Shown here: positions 39,964 to 49,202 of the stretch, in pieces | How the letters are laid out: the number at the start of each line of letters is the position of its first letter | Position numbering within the stretch: position 1 is the stretch's first letter | DNA from: Clostridiales bacterium | GTDB lineage: Bacteria > Bacillota > Clostridia > Oscillospirales > Oscillospiraceae | Reading direction: 5' to 3' | Length of the DNA stretch: 64,000 nucleotides | Assembly: GCA_014799475.1 (NCBI GenBank) | Contig: JAAVHX010000033.1 | Span: 21,267-85,266 of the forward strand | The notes under the pieces: generated by a model | What the model was told of the DNA's origin: nothing | What the model saw: the letters and a program-made list of their open reading frames with translations, nothing else | Databases searched by the model: none | Translations under genes and position numbers: made by a program

Positions 39964-41322
39964 ATGAAAAAATACAGGGAGTATATGGATAACGTGAGGG
40001 CGTCCGACACCCTCCACCAGCGGCTGGTAGAGCTGGAGGCCTCCGGGAAGCGCCCCATCCCGTGGAAGAGGTACGGGGCGATGGCGGCGGCGCTGGTGTT
40101 GGCCGTGGGCCTGGGGGCCTGGTGGCTGAACCGGGAGGAAGTCTATGATCCCCTCGTGGATTACGACCCAGTCGCTCCGGAGATCGCGGATGAACCCGCA
40201 CCCGACATCGCCCTGGTGGCACCTGGCGACGTGACGGAGCCGGGGGAAAAGACCATCGGCGGGTACGAGGTGGTCTCCGGCAGCGGGGAGAACGCCATAG
40301 CGGCCTACTGTTTCCTGCCCTATATCGAGTACGGCCCACCCTCTGACACATCGATAGCCGCCTCCCTTGCCGAGCCGGCCGGCGGGCTGCGGGAGGCCAC
40401 CAGGGAGGACGTGCTGGCTTTGGTGGGCGGGGAGGACGCGCTCACAGCCCATTTGGATTGGGGAGGACGCGAATTGCGCGGCACAGTGGGCTTTGAGGCC
40501 GACGGAACGGTGTGGATGCTGAGCCTTTGGGGGGAGGGGCAGGACACCGCGTTCAGCCTGGAGCTGTCCCCCGGCCGCCTGCCCCCCACCTGCTGCGTGG
40601 TGATAGGTGAGCAGCGCACCATCACCAACGTGTGGGGCGTGGAGGTCAGCGGCGTGAACTGTAGGGGGGCGGCCTACGGCGACACGGAGCGGGGCGTCTA
40701 TATGGACGTATGCCGTGAGGTGGAGTTTATCGCCAACGGCGTGGGCTGCCGCATGAAAGCCTACGGCACACAGGACGGGGCGGTGGAGGAACTCGTCTCC
40801 CGGTTTGTCCGCTGGGCCGTGCTGGAGGGGCTGAATCTGTCCGGGATCGGCCCGGACAATGGTATATGCGGGTATCCTCTTGCGCCAAGCGGGGAAACAG
40901 GGGACAGTGTGCCAGATATGAGCGAGCCGCCCATCCTGCGGGTGCTGTGCGCGGAGGGCCTGGTAGACGGCCGCAGCGGCAATTACCACTGGAACTATCC
41001 CGGGGAGGACGGCCAGACCGTGGGCGCCATTGCCTGCGGGCTGCACCCCCTGGACTTCCGGGAGGCCCCCAGCCTGACCACGGCGGACAGGACGGTCGCG
41101 CTGAACTTCTTCGATCTGCCTGACCGGGTCAGTGTGGTATGCTGGCCGGACAGCGAGTGGGGCAACACCTCCGCCGCTAGCCAGCCCGCCCAGGCGAGCT
41201 GGAACGAGCAAACGCAGGGCTATGAGCTGACGCTGAAGGAGGGCGGCTGGATTTACGCGGTCACCGCCGGGTGGGACGACCAGGGCACGGCCGACTACGT
41301 GTTTTATCTCATTAAAAGCTAA
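39964..41322 (+). CDS. Putative anti-sigma factor (single TM, extracellular domains)
   Basis: Directly after the sigma gene; short cytoplasmic N-terminus, TM AMAAALVLAVGLGAWW, large C-terminal region. Confidence 0.65.
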   Translation: MKKYREYMDNVRASDTLHQRLVELEASGKRPIPWKRYGAMAAALVLAVGLGAWWLNREEVYDPLVDYDPVAPEIADEPAPDIALVAPGDVTEPGEKTIGGYEVVSGSGENAIAAYCFLPYIEYGPPSDTSIAASLAEPAGGLREATREDVLALVGGEDALTAHLDWGGRELRGTVGFEADGTVWMLSLWGEGQDTAFSLELSPGRLPPTCCVVIGEQRTITNVWGVEVSGVNCRGAAYGDTERGVYMDVCREVEFIANGVGCRMKAYGTQDGAVEELVSRFVRWAVLEGLNLSGIGPDNGICGYPLAPSGETGDSVPDMSEPPILRVLCAEGLVDGRSGNYHWNYPGEDGQTVGAIACGLHPLDFREAPSLTTADRTVALNFFDLPDRVSVVCWPDSEWGNTSAASQPAQASWNEQTQGYELTLKEGGWIYAVTAGWDDQGTADYVFYLIKS

Positions 41323-41456
41323 ACTAGGCGCGAAAACCGCCCCGGCAAAGCCGGGGCGGTCTTTTTGCCTTGCGCCGCTGCCCCGCGTCTGTTATAATAT
41401 CCCTGAATATCGGACTTTATGCCTGCTAGAATACAGGTTGAAAGGAGGCGGTGGCC

Positions 41457-42509
41457 ATGGCAAAAAGCGCGAATTACAAACGGAAGCTCCCCATTCTGGC
41501 CAAGCTCCTGCTGGAGCGCAGCGACGAGGAGCACCCCATCTCCCGGCAGGAGATGCAGGAGGAGCTGGAGCGGTGGGGGCTGGGCGCGGAGCGCAAGAGC
41601 ATTTACGACGACATGGAGCAGCTTCGTGAGCTGGGCCTGGATGTGCAGAGCCGCCGGGGCAGAGGGGGCGGCTGGTTCGTCGGGGCGCGGGATTTTGAGC
41701 TGGCGGAGCTGAAGCTGCTGGTGGACGCGGTGCAGTCCAGCCGGTTTCTCACCAAGCGCAAGAGCGACGCCCTCATCCACAAGCTGGAGGGGCTGACCAG
41801 CGTCCACCAGGCGCGCCAGCTCCAGCGGCAGGTGTACGTGGACCGGCGGGTTAAGACCATGAACGAGAGCATCTTTTACAACGTGGACAAGCTCCAGGGG
41901 GCCATCGCCAACAACAAGGTGGTGACCTTCCGCTACTTCGAGTACAACGCCAAACGGGAGCGGGTGTTCCGCCGGGAGGGGGCACGGTACAAGCTCACCC
42001 CCTATGGCCTGATCTGGGACAGCGAGAACTACTACCTGGCCGGGTGGGACGAGCTTCGGAAAGAGGTGCGACACTACCGGGTGGACAAGATGGCGGACAT
42101 CACCGTCACCGGCATGAAGGGCCATCCCCAGGGGGACTGGACGGCGGAGGGCTATACCCGGAAGCACTTCGGGATGTACTCCGGCACGCCCTGCCGGCTG
42201 CGGCTGCGGTGTGAGAACCGGCTGGCCGGGGTGCTCATCGACCGCTTCGGGCTGGAGGTGTCCCTCATCCCCGACGGGGAGGAGCATTTCACCGCCTCGG
42301 TGGATCTGGTGGTCAGCCCGCCGCTGTGGGGCTGGCTGTTCGGCCTGGGGCCGGGGGTGGAGGTGCTCTCGCCCGGCTGGGCGGTGGACGAGTTCGCCGC
42401 GCGGCTGGAGCAGGCGGCGGCGCTGTACCGCAACCGGCCGTCCCAGGAGGAACAGGCGGAAGATAGCGAGTCGGAGGAAGCGCCCCGGGAGGGGGCGCGG
42501 CAGGAATAA
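41457..42509 (+). CDS. HTH-WYL-WCX transcriptional regulator
   Basis: N-terminal wHTH (ERKSIYDD), TPYGLIWDSENYYLAG, RHYRVDKM, WLFGLGPGVEVLSP. Confidence 0.9.
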   Translation: MAKSANYKRKLPILAKLLLERSDEEHPISRQEMQEELERWGLGAERKSIYDDMEQLRELGLDVQSRRGRGGGWFVGARDFELAELKLLVDAVQSSRFLTKRKSDALIHKLEGLTSVHQARQLQRQVYVDRRVKTMNESIFYNVDKLQGAIANNKVVTFRYFEYNAKRERVFRREGARYKLTPYGLIWDSENYYLAGWDELRKEVRHYRVDKMADITVTGMKGHPQGDWTAEGYTRKHFGMYSGTPCRLRLRCENRLAGVLIDRFGLEVSLIPDGEEHFTASVDLVVSPPLWGWLFGLGPGVEVLSPGWAVDEFAARLEQAAALYRNRPSQEEQAEDSESEEAPREGARQE

Positions 42510-42577
42510 GCCGATGGGAAAATGGGGAGACTTTCCAAAAACGGGGGTTGCGACCACCCAAAATTGGAGGGGATCCC

Positions 42578-43243
42578 ATGGATCGAAGGAAGCTGGGACG
42601 GGAATTTTACGAGCTGGGCCTGCGGCTGGGCGGACTGGGCACGGTGGCCATCGGCAGCGGCGGCGGGGAGCTGGCAAAGGCGCTGGCCCGGGCAGCGGGC
42701 TGCGGCGTGTCCCTGGCCGGGGGCGAGGCCAAATTCCACGACGGCGGCTGCGCCGCCTGCGGGGCGTGGCTGGCGGGGTACTATGGATTTCCCGCCTCCC
42801 TGTTCGTCCGGCAGGAGGGGGAACAGGTGGAGCTGTTCCTCATGGACGGACAGGGCAAGCGCCTGACCCCCGTGGAGACGGATGGGGCGGCCAAGCCCTG
42901 CACGGGGGAATGGGATCTGCTGGTTGGGGCGGACTGCGCCTGGGCGGGCCACCGGGCGGGACCGTATCAGGGGGAGCTGGGGACGGCGTGCGCCGTCGGT
43001 CCCGCCGCCCTCACCCTGGCGCTGGAGCGGATGGGGTACGAGGTGGCGGACCGCCCCATCCCCGGCGCGGCTCTATTCCAGGCCGACCGGGAGGGCTTCT
43101 CCCTCCGGGTGGAGGAGGGGGGCGGAACGTTTGCCCTCCAGGGGGAGGACGCTCTGGCCGGGCTGGCGGACTATGTCCGGCGGCCCCAGGCGGTGCCCGC
43201 CTTCCGCCCCGGCGACGGAACGGGGCAAAACACACCCCTGTGA
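42578..43243 (+). CDS. Hypothetical protein, weakly like phosphohexomutase domain I
   Basis: GGAGG RBS, host codon usage; pattern similarity only, no catalytic S-H-N motif. Confidence 0.5.
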   Translation: MDRRKLGREFYELGLRLGGLGTVAIGSGGGELAKALARAAGCGVSLAGGEAKFHDGGCAACGAWLAGYYGFPASLFVRQEGEQVELFLMDGQGKRLTPVETDGAAKPCTGEWDLLVGADCAWAGHRAGPYQGELGTACAVGPAALTLALERMGYEVADRPIPGAALFQADREGFSLRVEEGGGTFALQGEDALAGLADYVRRPQAVPAFRPGDGTGQNTPL

Positions 43244-43356
43244 GTCACATGGCAGGCTGTGACAATTTCACCGGGATGTCTTGAATCGGGCCATGGCCTG
43301 TGCTAGAATGGAGGCCATGGCCGGAGACAGATCAAGAATGGACGGGGGAGACGACG

Positions 43357-44259
43357 ATGAAAACCGCGCTGATTACCGGGGGAACCGTGTTTGCCAGCCG
43401 CTACGCGGCGGAATACTATGTCAAAAAAGGATACCGCGTGTTTGTGCTGAATCGGAACAGCAGGGCGCAGCCGGAGGGTGCCACGCTGATCGAGGGGGAT
43501 AGGCACAGTTTGGGCGACCAGCTGCGCCCCTATCATTTTGACGTGATTTTCGACATCACGGCCTACACCGCGGCCGACGTCAACGGTCTGCTGGACGCGG
43601 TGGGGGGCTTTGACGATTATATTTTGATCAGCTCCAGCGCCGTATACCCGGAGTACTGCCCCCAGCCCTTCCGTGAGGACACGGAGCTGGGCGCGAACCA
43701 GATCTGGGGGGGTTACGGGACCAACAAAATCGAGGCGGAGCGGGCCCTGATGGAACGGGCCCCCAACGCCTACATCCTCCGCCCGCCGTACCTGTATGGG
43801 CCGATGAATAACCTATACCGGGAGGCGTTTGCATTTGAGTGCGCGCTGAGGGACAGGAAATTTTACTTACCTCGGGACGGGGAGATGAGGCTCCAGTTCT
43901 TCCATGTGGACGATCTGTGCCGGTTTATGGACATCATACTGGAACAAAAGCCGGCCCGGCACATATTCAATGTGGGGAATCGGGAGACGGTGTCTGTCCG
44001 CGACTGGGCGGCCCTGTGCTATCAGGCGGCGGGAAAGAGCGCCGAGTTTGTCCGGGTGGACAGCGGCGTGGAGCAGAGGAACTATTTCAGCTTTTATGAC
44101 TACGAGTACTGCCTGGACGTGGCGGCCCAGGAGAGTCTGATGCCGGGGACAAAGCCGCTGGAGGAGGGGCTGCGGGAATCCTTCGCGTGGTATCTGGCCC
44201 ACCCCGGAGAGGTGAACGAAAAGCCCTATCTCCAGTACATCGACGCCCATTTGGCCTGA
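43357..44259 (+). CDS. NAD-dependent epimerase/dehydratase family (atypical SDR)
   Basis: ALITGGT, LISSSAVY, YGTNK, LRPPYLYG, HVDDL. Confidence 0.88.
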   Translation: MKTALITGGTVFASRYAAEYYVKKGYRVFVLNRNSRAQPEGATLIEGDRHSLGDQLRPYHFDVIFDITAYTAADVNGLLDAVGGFDDYILISSSAVYPEYCPQPFREDTELGANQIWGGYGTNKIEAERALMERAPNAYILRPPYLYGPMNNLYREAFAFECALRDRKFYLPRDGEMRLQFFHVDDLCRFMDIILEQKPARHIFNVGNRETVSVRDWAALCYQAAGKSAEFVRVDSGVEQRNYFSFYDYEYCLDVAAQESLMPGTKPLEEGLRESFAWYLAHPGEVNEKPYLQYIDAHLA

Positions 44260-44288
44260 CCGCGGGCCACCCGTGAGAAAGGAGCGCT

Positions 44289-45560
44289 ATGGAACCAACC
44301 AAACCAAAGCAGGGCCTGTGGACGAGGGACTTTACCATCATCACCCTGGGCAGCGTGGTGTCCATGATCGGCAACGCCCTGTCCGGCTTTGCGCTGAGTA
44401 TCATGGTGCTGGACTACACCGGCTCCACCTTCCTCTATTCCCTGTTCATCGTGTGCTACCAGCTGCCCATGCTGGTGTGCCCTATCCTGGCGGGGCCGTA
44501 CTTAGACCGCATGAGCCGGAAAAAGGTGATCTACCGGCTGGACTTCCTGTCCGCTGGGATCTATTTCGGCCTGTTCCTGCTGCTGCGGGGCGGGTGGTTC
44601 AGCTATCCGCTGCTGCTGGGTATGTGCGCGCTGGTGGGGGCCATCAATTCGGTGTACGCCGTGGCGTACGAGAGCTTCTATCCCAACCTGATCACCGAGG
44701 GGAACTACTCTAGGGCATACTCCATTTCCAGTATGCTCTGGCCGCTGGCGGCCATGTCCACCCCGCTGGCCGCCCTGGTCTATGAACAGGTGGGCAGCGC
44801 ACCCCTGTTTGCCTTTAACGCCCTGTGCTTCCTCATCGCCGCCTGCTTTGAGCGCACCATCCGCTACCGGGAGACCCACATGGACAAGGCCCCCCCGGCG
44901 GACGGCGTGGGGGCGGCAAAGCGGTTTGGCCGGGATCTGAAGGAGGGACTGGACTACATCAGAGGGGAGCGGGGTCTGCTGGTCATCACGCTGTACTTCA
45001 TGGTGTCCGGCATCTCGGGAAATGGGGGGAACAGCCTCCATCTGCCCTTTTTCCGCGGCAACGCCGCCCTCTTTGCCGCCTGGCCCTTGGCGGCGGTGAC
45101 GCTGTACACCATCGTGTCCAACTTCGCGGTGGCGGGGCGGTTTTTGGGCGGGCTGATCCACTATAAGGTCAGATTCCCCACGGAGAAAAAGTTCACCATC
45201 GCCATCATCGTGTATCTGGTGGTGGAGGTGCTGGAGGGGACCGTGCTGTATATGCCCATACCCGCCATGGCCGCCGCCTTCTTCTTTTACGGTCTGCTGG
45301 GCATGACCTCCTACAACATCCGTATTGCCGCCACCCAGTCCTACATCCCGGACACCAAGCGGGCCCGGTTCAACGGCACCTTCCAGATGCTCACCTCCTT
45401 GGGGGGCGTCACCGGCACTTTGCTGGCGGGCAGCTTAGCCGAGATCATGCCCGAGCGGCGGGTGTGCCTGCTGCTCAGCGGCATGACCTTCTTCGCGGTG
45501 TGGCTGTTCATGTTCCGGGGGAGGAAGGCGGTGGCCGCCATCTACAACCGGGAGGTGTGA
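44289..45560 (+). CDS. MFS transporter (DHA3/Mef-like)
   Basis: About 12 TMs, motif A variant GPYLDRMSRKK. Confidence 0.85.
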   Translation: MEPTKPKQGLWTRDFTIITLGSVVSMIGNALSGFALSIMVLDYTGSTFLYSLFIVCYQLPMLVCPILAGPYLDRMSRKKVIYRLDFLSAGIYFGLFLLLRGGWFSYPLLLGMCALVGAINSVYAVAYESFYPNLITEGNYSRAYSISSMLWPLAAMSTPLAALVYEQVGSAPLFAFNALCFLIAACFERTIRYRETHMDKAPPADGVGAAKRFGRDLKEGLDYIRGERGLLVITLYFMVSGISGNGGNSLHLPFFRGNAALFAAWPLAAVTLYTIVSNFAVAGRFLGGLIHYKVRFPTEKKFTIAIIVYLVVEVLEGTVLYMPIPAMAAAFFFYGLLGMTSYNIRIAATQSYIPDTKRARFNGTFQMLTSLGGVTGTLLAGSLAEIMPERRVCLLLSGMTFFAVWLFMFRGRKAVAAIYNREV

Positions 45561-45683
45561 GAGTCCCTTTTAAGGTATTGGTTGCTAAGATAAACCTTCG
45601 GTAATTTCACCAATTCAAATTGACTTTGCTGGATGCTTATGATAATGTACAAAGCAACAAATTGGGAGTTAGTGGAGGAAGAA

Positions 45684-46358
45684 ATGAAAAAGCCAACAAA
45701 GAAAATACGTATCATTTTACTATCTATCATATTCGCTATCACTTTCATTTTTGGGACTGCATTTTTAATTCTTGCAATCAGGACAAATGCGCTTCAAGAT
45801 GATTATTCTTTTGTTTATCGTGATGAAAGCTATGCGAAAGAAGTATATATCGGAGGAATTGAACCGATTACGCAAAGTATATCTTGCGGATATGCGGCTA
45901 TAGAAATGTTTTCGATGTGGAATGGTGGTAATATAACCGAAGAAAATCTTTATAATGAATACGGCAAGGTTGTTACTTCAACTGGAAAATCGTTTTGCAG
46001 CGAGTTTAACAAGCAATTTCCTGAATACGAAACTCAAATGTTCAAGTATTTAAAAAATTCCGAATTGATTGCTAAAGTCTATGAAAGCCTCTCACAAGGT
46101 ATCCCTGTGCCTTTTGAATGGGCTGCTCTCTATGAAAATGAATGGACGCTGCATTACTCCATCGTAATAGGCATGGATATACCAAACGATACGGTAACTG
46201 TTGCAAATCCTTATGGGTATTTGGAAAAAATATCGCTGGAAGATTTTCTGAACAGAACGAGTTTTGAAGCATTTGAAGATATGCCTTTCTTTTATAAATT
46301 AGGTTTTGCCTTTGGCGTGTTTGAAAAGAATACAATATTTATTGCAAGTAAGGTATAA
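45684..46358 (+). CDS. Low-GC membrane-anchored papain-like/C39-like peptidase
   Basis: N-terminal TM, QSISCGYAAIEM (Cys), LHYSIVIG (His), ANPYG; AT-rich. Confidence 0.7.
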   Translation: MKKPTKKIRIILLSIIFAITFIFGTAFLILAIRTNALQDDYSFVYRDESYAKEVYIGGIEPITQSISCGYAAIEMFSMWNGGNITEENLYNEYGKVVTSTGKSFCSEFNKQFPEYETQMFKYLKNSELIAKVYESLSQGIPVPFEWAALYENEWTLHYSIVIGMDIPNDTVTVANPYGYLEKISLEDFLNRTSFEAFEDMPFFYKLGFAFGVFEKNTIFIASKV

Positions 46359-46479
46359 AATTCCGATTTACCGGGGAGTTATCCGCTATGGGTAGCTCCC
46401 CGTCCTGGCACTTTGATGAAGAATTTAGCAAATAGTGCATGAGCAACCTTAATCTAAAAAGGGAGGTGTGAGGCGGGAG

Positions 46480-46759
46480 TTGACAGGCCGCGCACATTCT
46501 GCTATACTGATTTGCAGATGTAATTTGTTTTCCCCGCCCTTCGGGTGGGAAAACAAAGACATTCAGAAAAAACCGAAAAGGGTGAAAAGATGCGCAAGTA
46601 AGTCGAACTTCAAGCTGTGAACAATGAGTTAAGACCCATTTTTTGATGGGCCTATGCTTTCATGGCGCGAAGGGCGGCTTGCTTGACCGGGGGCGTATTG
46701 TCACGCCCCTGCCTTTTCGTCATGTGATCCGTCTTTCTGCCATGAAAGACGGATTTTTT
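46480..46759 (+). promoter_or_regulatory. SigmaA promoter + uORF (MRK*) + antiterminator/terminator leader
   Basis: TTGACA-17-TATACT; ATG CGC AAG TAA at 46590-46601 with AGGGTGA SD; terminator 46727-46759; ctttcatggc (about 46657) complementary to gccatgaaag inside the terminator. Confidence 0.72.
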
Positions 46760-46781
46760 GTATGCAAAGGAGCGGATGCGT

Positions 46782-48320
46782 ATGTTACAGGTGAAAAACC
46801 TCACCGTCACCCATAAAAAGGACCTGACCACCCTGGTGGAAGGGCTGTCCTTTGTGCTCTCGCCCGGCGACCGGGCGGCCCTCATCGGCGAGGAGGGCAA
46901 CGGCAAGTCCACCGTCCTCAAGCTGCTGTACGACCCGGCCCTAGTGGAGCCCTATGTGGAGTGGACAGGGGAGATCGTGGACAAGGGGGTGCGGAAAGGC
47001 TACCTGGCCCAGGAGCTGGCCCCGGACGAGCTGACCCTGCCCGTGTGGGCATTCTGCCAGTCCGTCCCCGCTTTTGGGGACGCCGACCCTAAGGCCCTGG
47101 ACCGCGCCGCCCGGCAGGTGGGGCTGAGCGCCGACCTGTTCTGGGACGACCGGCCCATGTCCACCCTGTCCGGGGGCGAGCGGGTGAAGCTGCGGCTGGC
47201 CCTGCTGCTGCTGGACAGTCCCGACGTGCTGCTGCTGGACGAGCCGTCCAACGATTTGGATCTGGCCACCCTGGAGTGGCTGGAGGGGTTCCTGCTGGGT
47301 TGCCGGGTGCCGGTGCTCTACATCTCCCACGACGAGACGCTGCTGGCCAACACCGCCAACGTGGTCATCCACCTGGAGCGGTTGCGGCGGCGCACCGTCT
47401 CCCGGTGTACCGTGTCCCGGATGGGGTATGAACAGTATGTGGAACAGCGGCAGGCGGGCTTTGCCCATCAGGAGCAGGTGGCCCGGAAGGAGCGGGCGGA
47501 TTTTGATGCCAAAATGGAGAAATACCGCCAAATCCGGGATTCCGTGGATTATCAGCTGAACACCGTCAGCCGCCAGAACCCCGGTAAGGGGCGGCTGCTG
47601 AAAAAGAAGATGCACACGGTGCTGTCCATGGGCCGCCGGTTTGAGCGGGAGAAGGAGAACATGACCGCCATGCCCGAGTGGGAGGAGGCCATCCTCACCG
47701 CCTTTGACGGGGGGCGTTCCGCCTTCCCGGCGGGCAAGACGGTGCTGAGAATGGATCTGCCCCAGCTGACCGCCGGGGAGCGGGTGCTGGCCCAGGATGT
47801 GCGCCTGTGGGTCACCGGACCGGAGCGGGTGGGCATCGTGGGGGCCAACGGCGTGGGCAAGTCCACCCTGCTGAAGCTGGTGGCGGAGGAGCTGCTGCCC
47901 CGGGCCGACCTGCGCTCGGCCTATATGCCCCAGGACTACGGCGATCTGCTGCTGGGGGACAGGACGCCGGTGGAGCTGCTGGCCCCATCGGGGCACAGGG
48001 ACGATGTGACAAGGGCCCGCACCCTGCTGGGCAACATGAAGTACAAGGCGGAGGAGATGGAGCACCCGGCGGCGGGGCTGTCCGGGGGCCAGCGGGCCAA
48101 GCTGCTGTTTCTGTCCATGGTGCTGGGCGGGGCCAACGTGCTGGTGCTGGACGAGCCCACCCGGAACTTCTCGCCTCTGTCCGCCCCGGTGATCCGGCGG
48201 GTGCTGGCGGATTTCCCCGGAGTTATCATCAGTGTGTCCCATGACAGGCTGTATTTGGAGCAGGTATGTACCCGTGTGCTGGAGCTGACCGAAAACGGGC
48301 TGCGGGAGGTCACGCTCTAG
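46782..48320 (+). CDS. ABC-F family ribosome-associated ATPase
   Basis: Two NBDs (GEEGNGKST/LSGGE/LDEP; GANGVGKST/LSGGQ/LDEPT), helical linker, no TM or permease partner. Confidence 0.9.
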   Translation: MLQVKNLTVTHKKDLTTLVEGLSFVLSPGDRAALIGEEGNGKSTVLKLLYDPALVEPYVEWTGEIVDKGVRKGYLAQELAPDELTLPVWAFCQSVPAFGDADPKALDRAARQVGLSADLFWDDRPMSTLSGGERVKLRLALLLLDSPDVLLLDEPSNDLDLATLEWLEGFLLGCRVPVLYISHDETLLANTANVVIHLERLRRRTVSRCTVSRMGYEQYVEQRQAGFAHQEQVARKERADFDAKMEKYRQIRDSVDYQLNTVSRQNPGKGRLLKKKMHTVLSMGRRFEREKENMTAMPEWEEAILTAFDGGRSAFPAGKTVLRMDLPQLTAGERVLAQDVRLWVTGPERVGIVGANGVGKSTLLKLVAEELLPRADLRSAYMPQDYGDLLLGDRTPVELLAPSGHRDDVTRARTLLGNMKYKAEEMEHPAAGLSGGQRAKLLFLSMVLGGANVLVLDEPTRNFSPLSAPVIRRVLADFPGVIISVSHDRLYLEQVCTRVLELTENGLREVTL

Positions 48321-48621
48321 GGGTACTGATTGGATAGGCCCAGCCCAACACCTGACCGCGAGGCAGATCGAGCCACGAGCCGTCGCCTACCTGATGAGAA
48401 TAAACTCCATTTTCATAAGAAAAGAGGTCGAACGCCACTTCATCCATTACGGGATCATAGAATTTGAGAAAGACGTAGCGGGCATCCTGTGGGGGAGTAT
48501 CAGGCGAGCGCCATGGAATGATTGTGACTTCATCCATGCTCTGTATCCCCAAAATGTCCATCAGCTCACGTTCGCGGCTTGTGTCATATAGAAGCTGATT
48601 CGTATCATTTAGTATCCGCAT
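48310..48621 (-). CDS. Hypothetical protein (103 aa, lower GC)
   Basis: GGAGG RBS, upstream TTGTCA-17-TATACT promoter; divergent from an XRE gene. Confidence 0.65.
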   Translation of the reverse strand: MRILNDTNQLLYDTSRERELMDILGIQSMDEVTIIPWRSPDTPPQDARYVFLKFYDPVMDEVAFDLFSYENGVYSHQVGDGSWLDLPRGQVLGWAYPISTPRA

Positions 48622-48724
48622 AATTGCCTCCAACTTAAGTTGACATTCAATGAGTGTCAATGTTGGTTCAGTATAGCATAAACTGTCCTCAATGACAATC
48701 ACTAAATGTCAAGGGGGCGGAGTT

Positions 48725-48973
48725 GTGTTCAAAAATAAAAATGCGGACGGAAAGCTGAACCTTTGCGGAAAGAATGTTGCCCGCCTGCGGATGGCGGCAG
48801 AACCGAAAATGTCCCAGAAAGGTTTGGCTAATCAGCTGCAGCTGGTTGGACTGGATTTGGAGAAAAACGCGGTGCAAAGAATTGAAAGCGGACAGCGATT
48901 CGTGACGGACATTGAGCTGCAAAAGCTGGCTGAGGTTTTGGGGGTTTCAACCGATGAGCTGATACGCGGCTGA
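48725..48973 (+). CDS. XRE-family HTH regulator
   Basis: GKNVARLR...MSQKGLA...VQRIESGQRFVTDIELQKLAEVLGVSTDEL. Confidence 0.88.
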   Translation: MFKNKNADGKLNLCGKNVARLRMAAEPKMSQKGLANQLQLVGLDLEKNAVQRIESGQRFVTDIELQKLAEVLGVSTDELIRG

Positions 48974-49202
48974 AGGCGCACAGCAAGGGAGCGCACGCCA
49001 TGCGTGCGCTCCCTTTATCGCTTTGGGGTGTTTGCTTATGGGCGCAGGCCGCGGATGTCCCCCTTGAAGAGGGTTTGGCCTTGCTCTTGACTTGTCCCGG
49101 CCCAAAGCGTAAAATAAAACGGTCAATGAGTGAAAAACCGGCAGGGCCGGACAAGGGCGTCCGGCGCAATGGGGCCGCGCCTGCCGCGCGGGAGGAATTG
49201 TT

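Noticed and set aside
48974-49080. Possible duplicate of the ABC-F 3' end beyond the XRE cassette
   Set aside because: The best match (gcggatgtcccccttg) is too weak and does not preserve the peptide.
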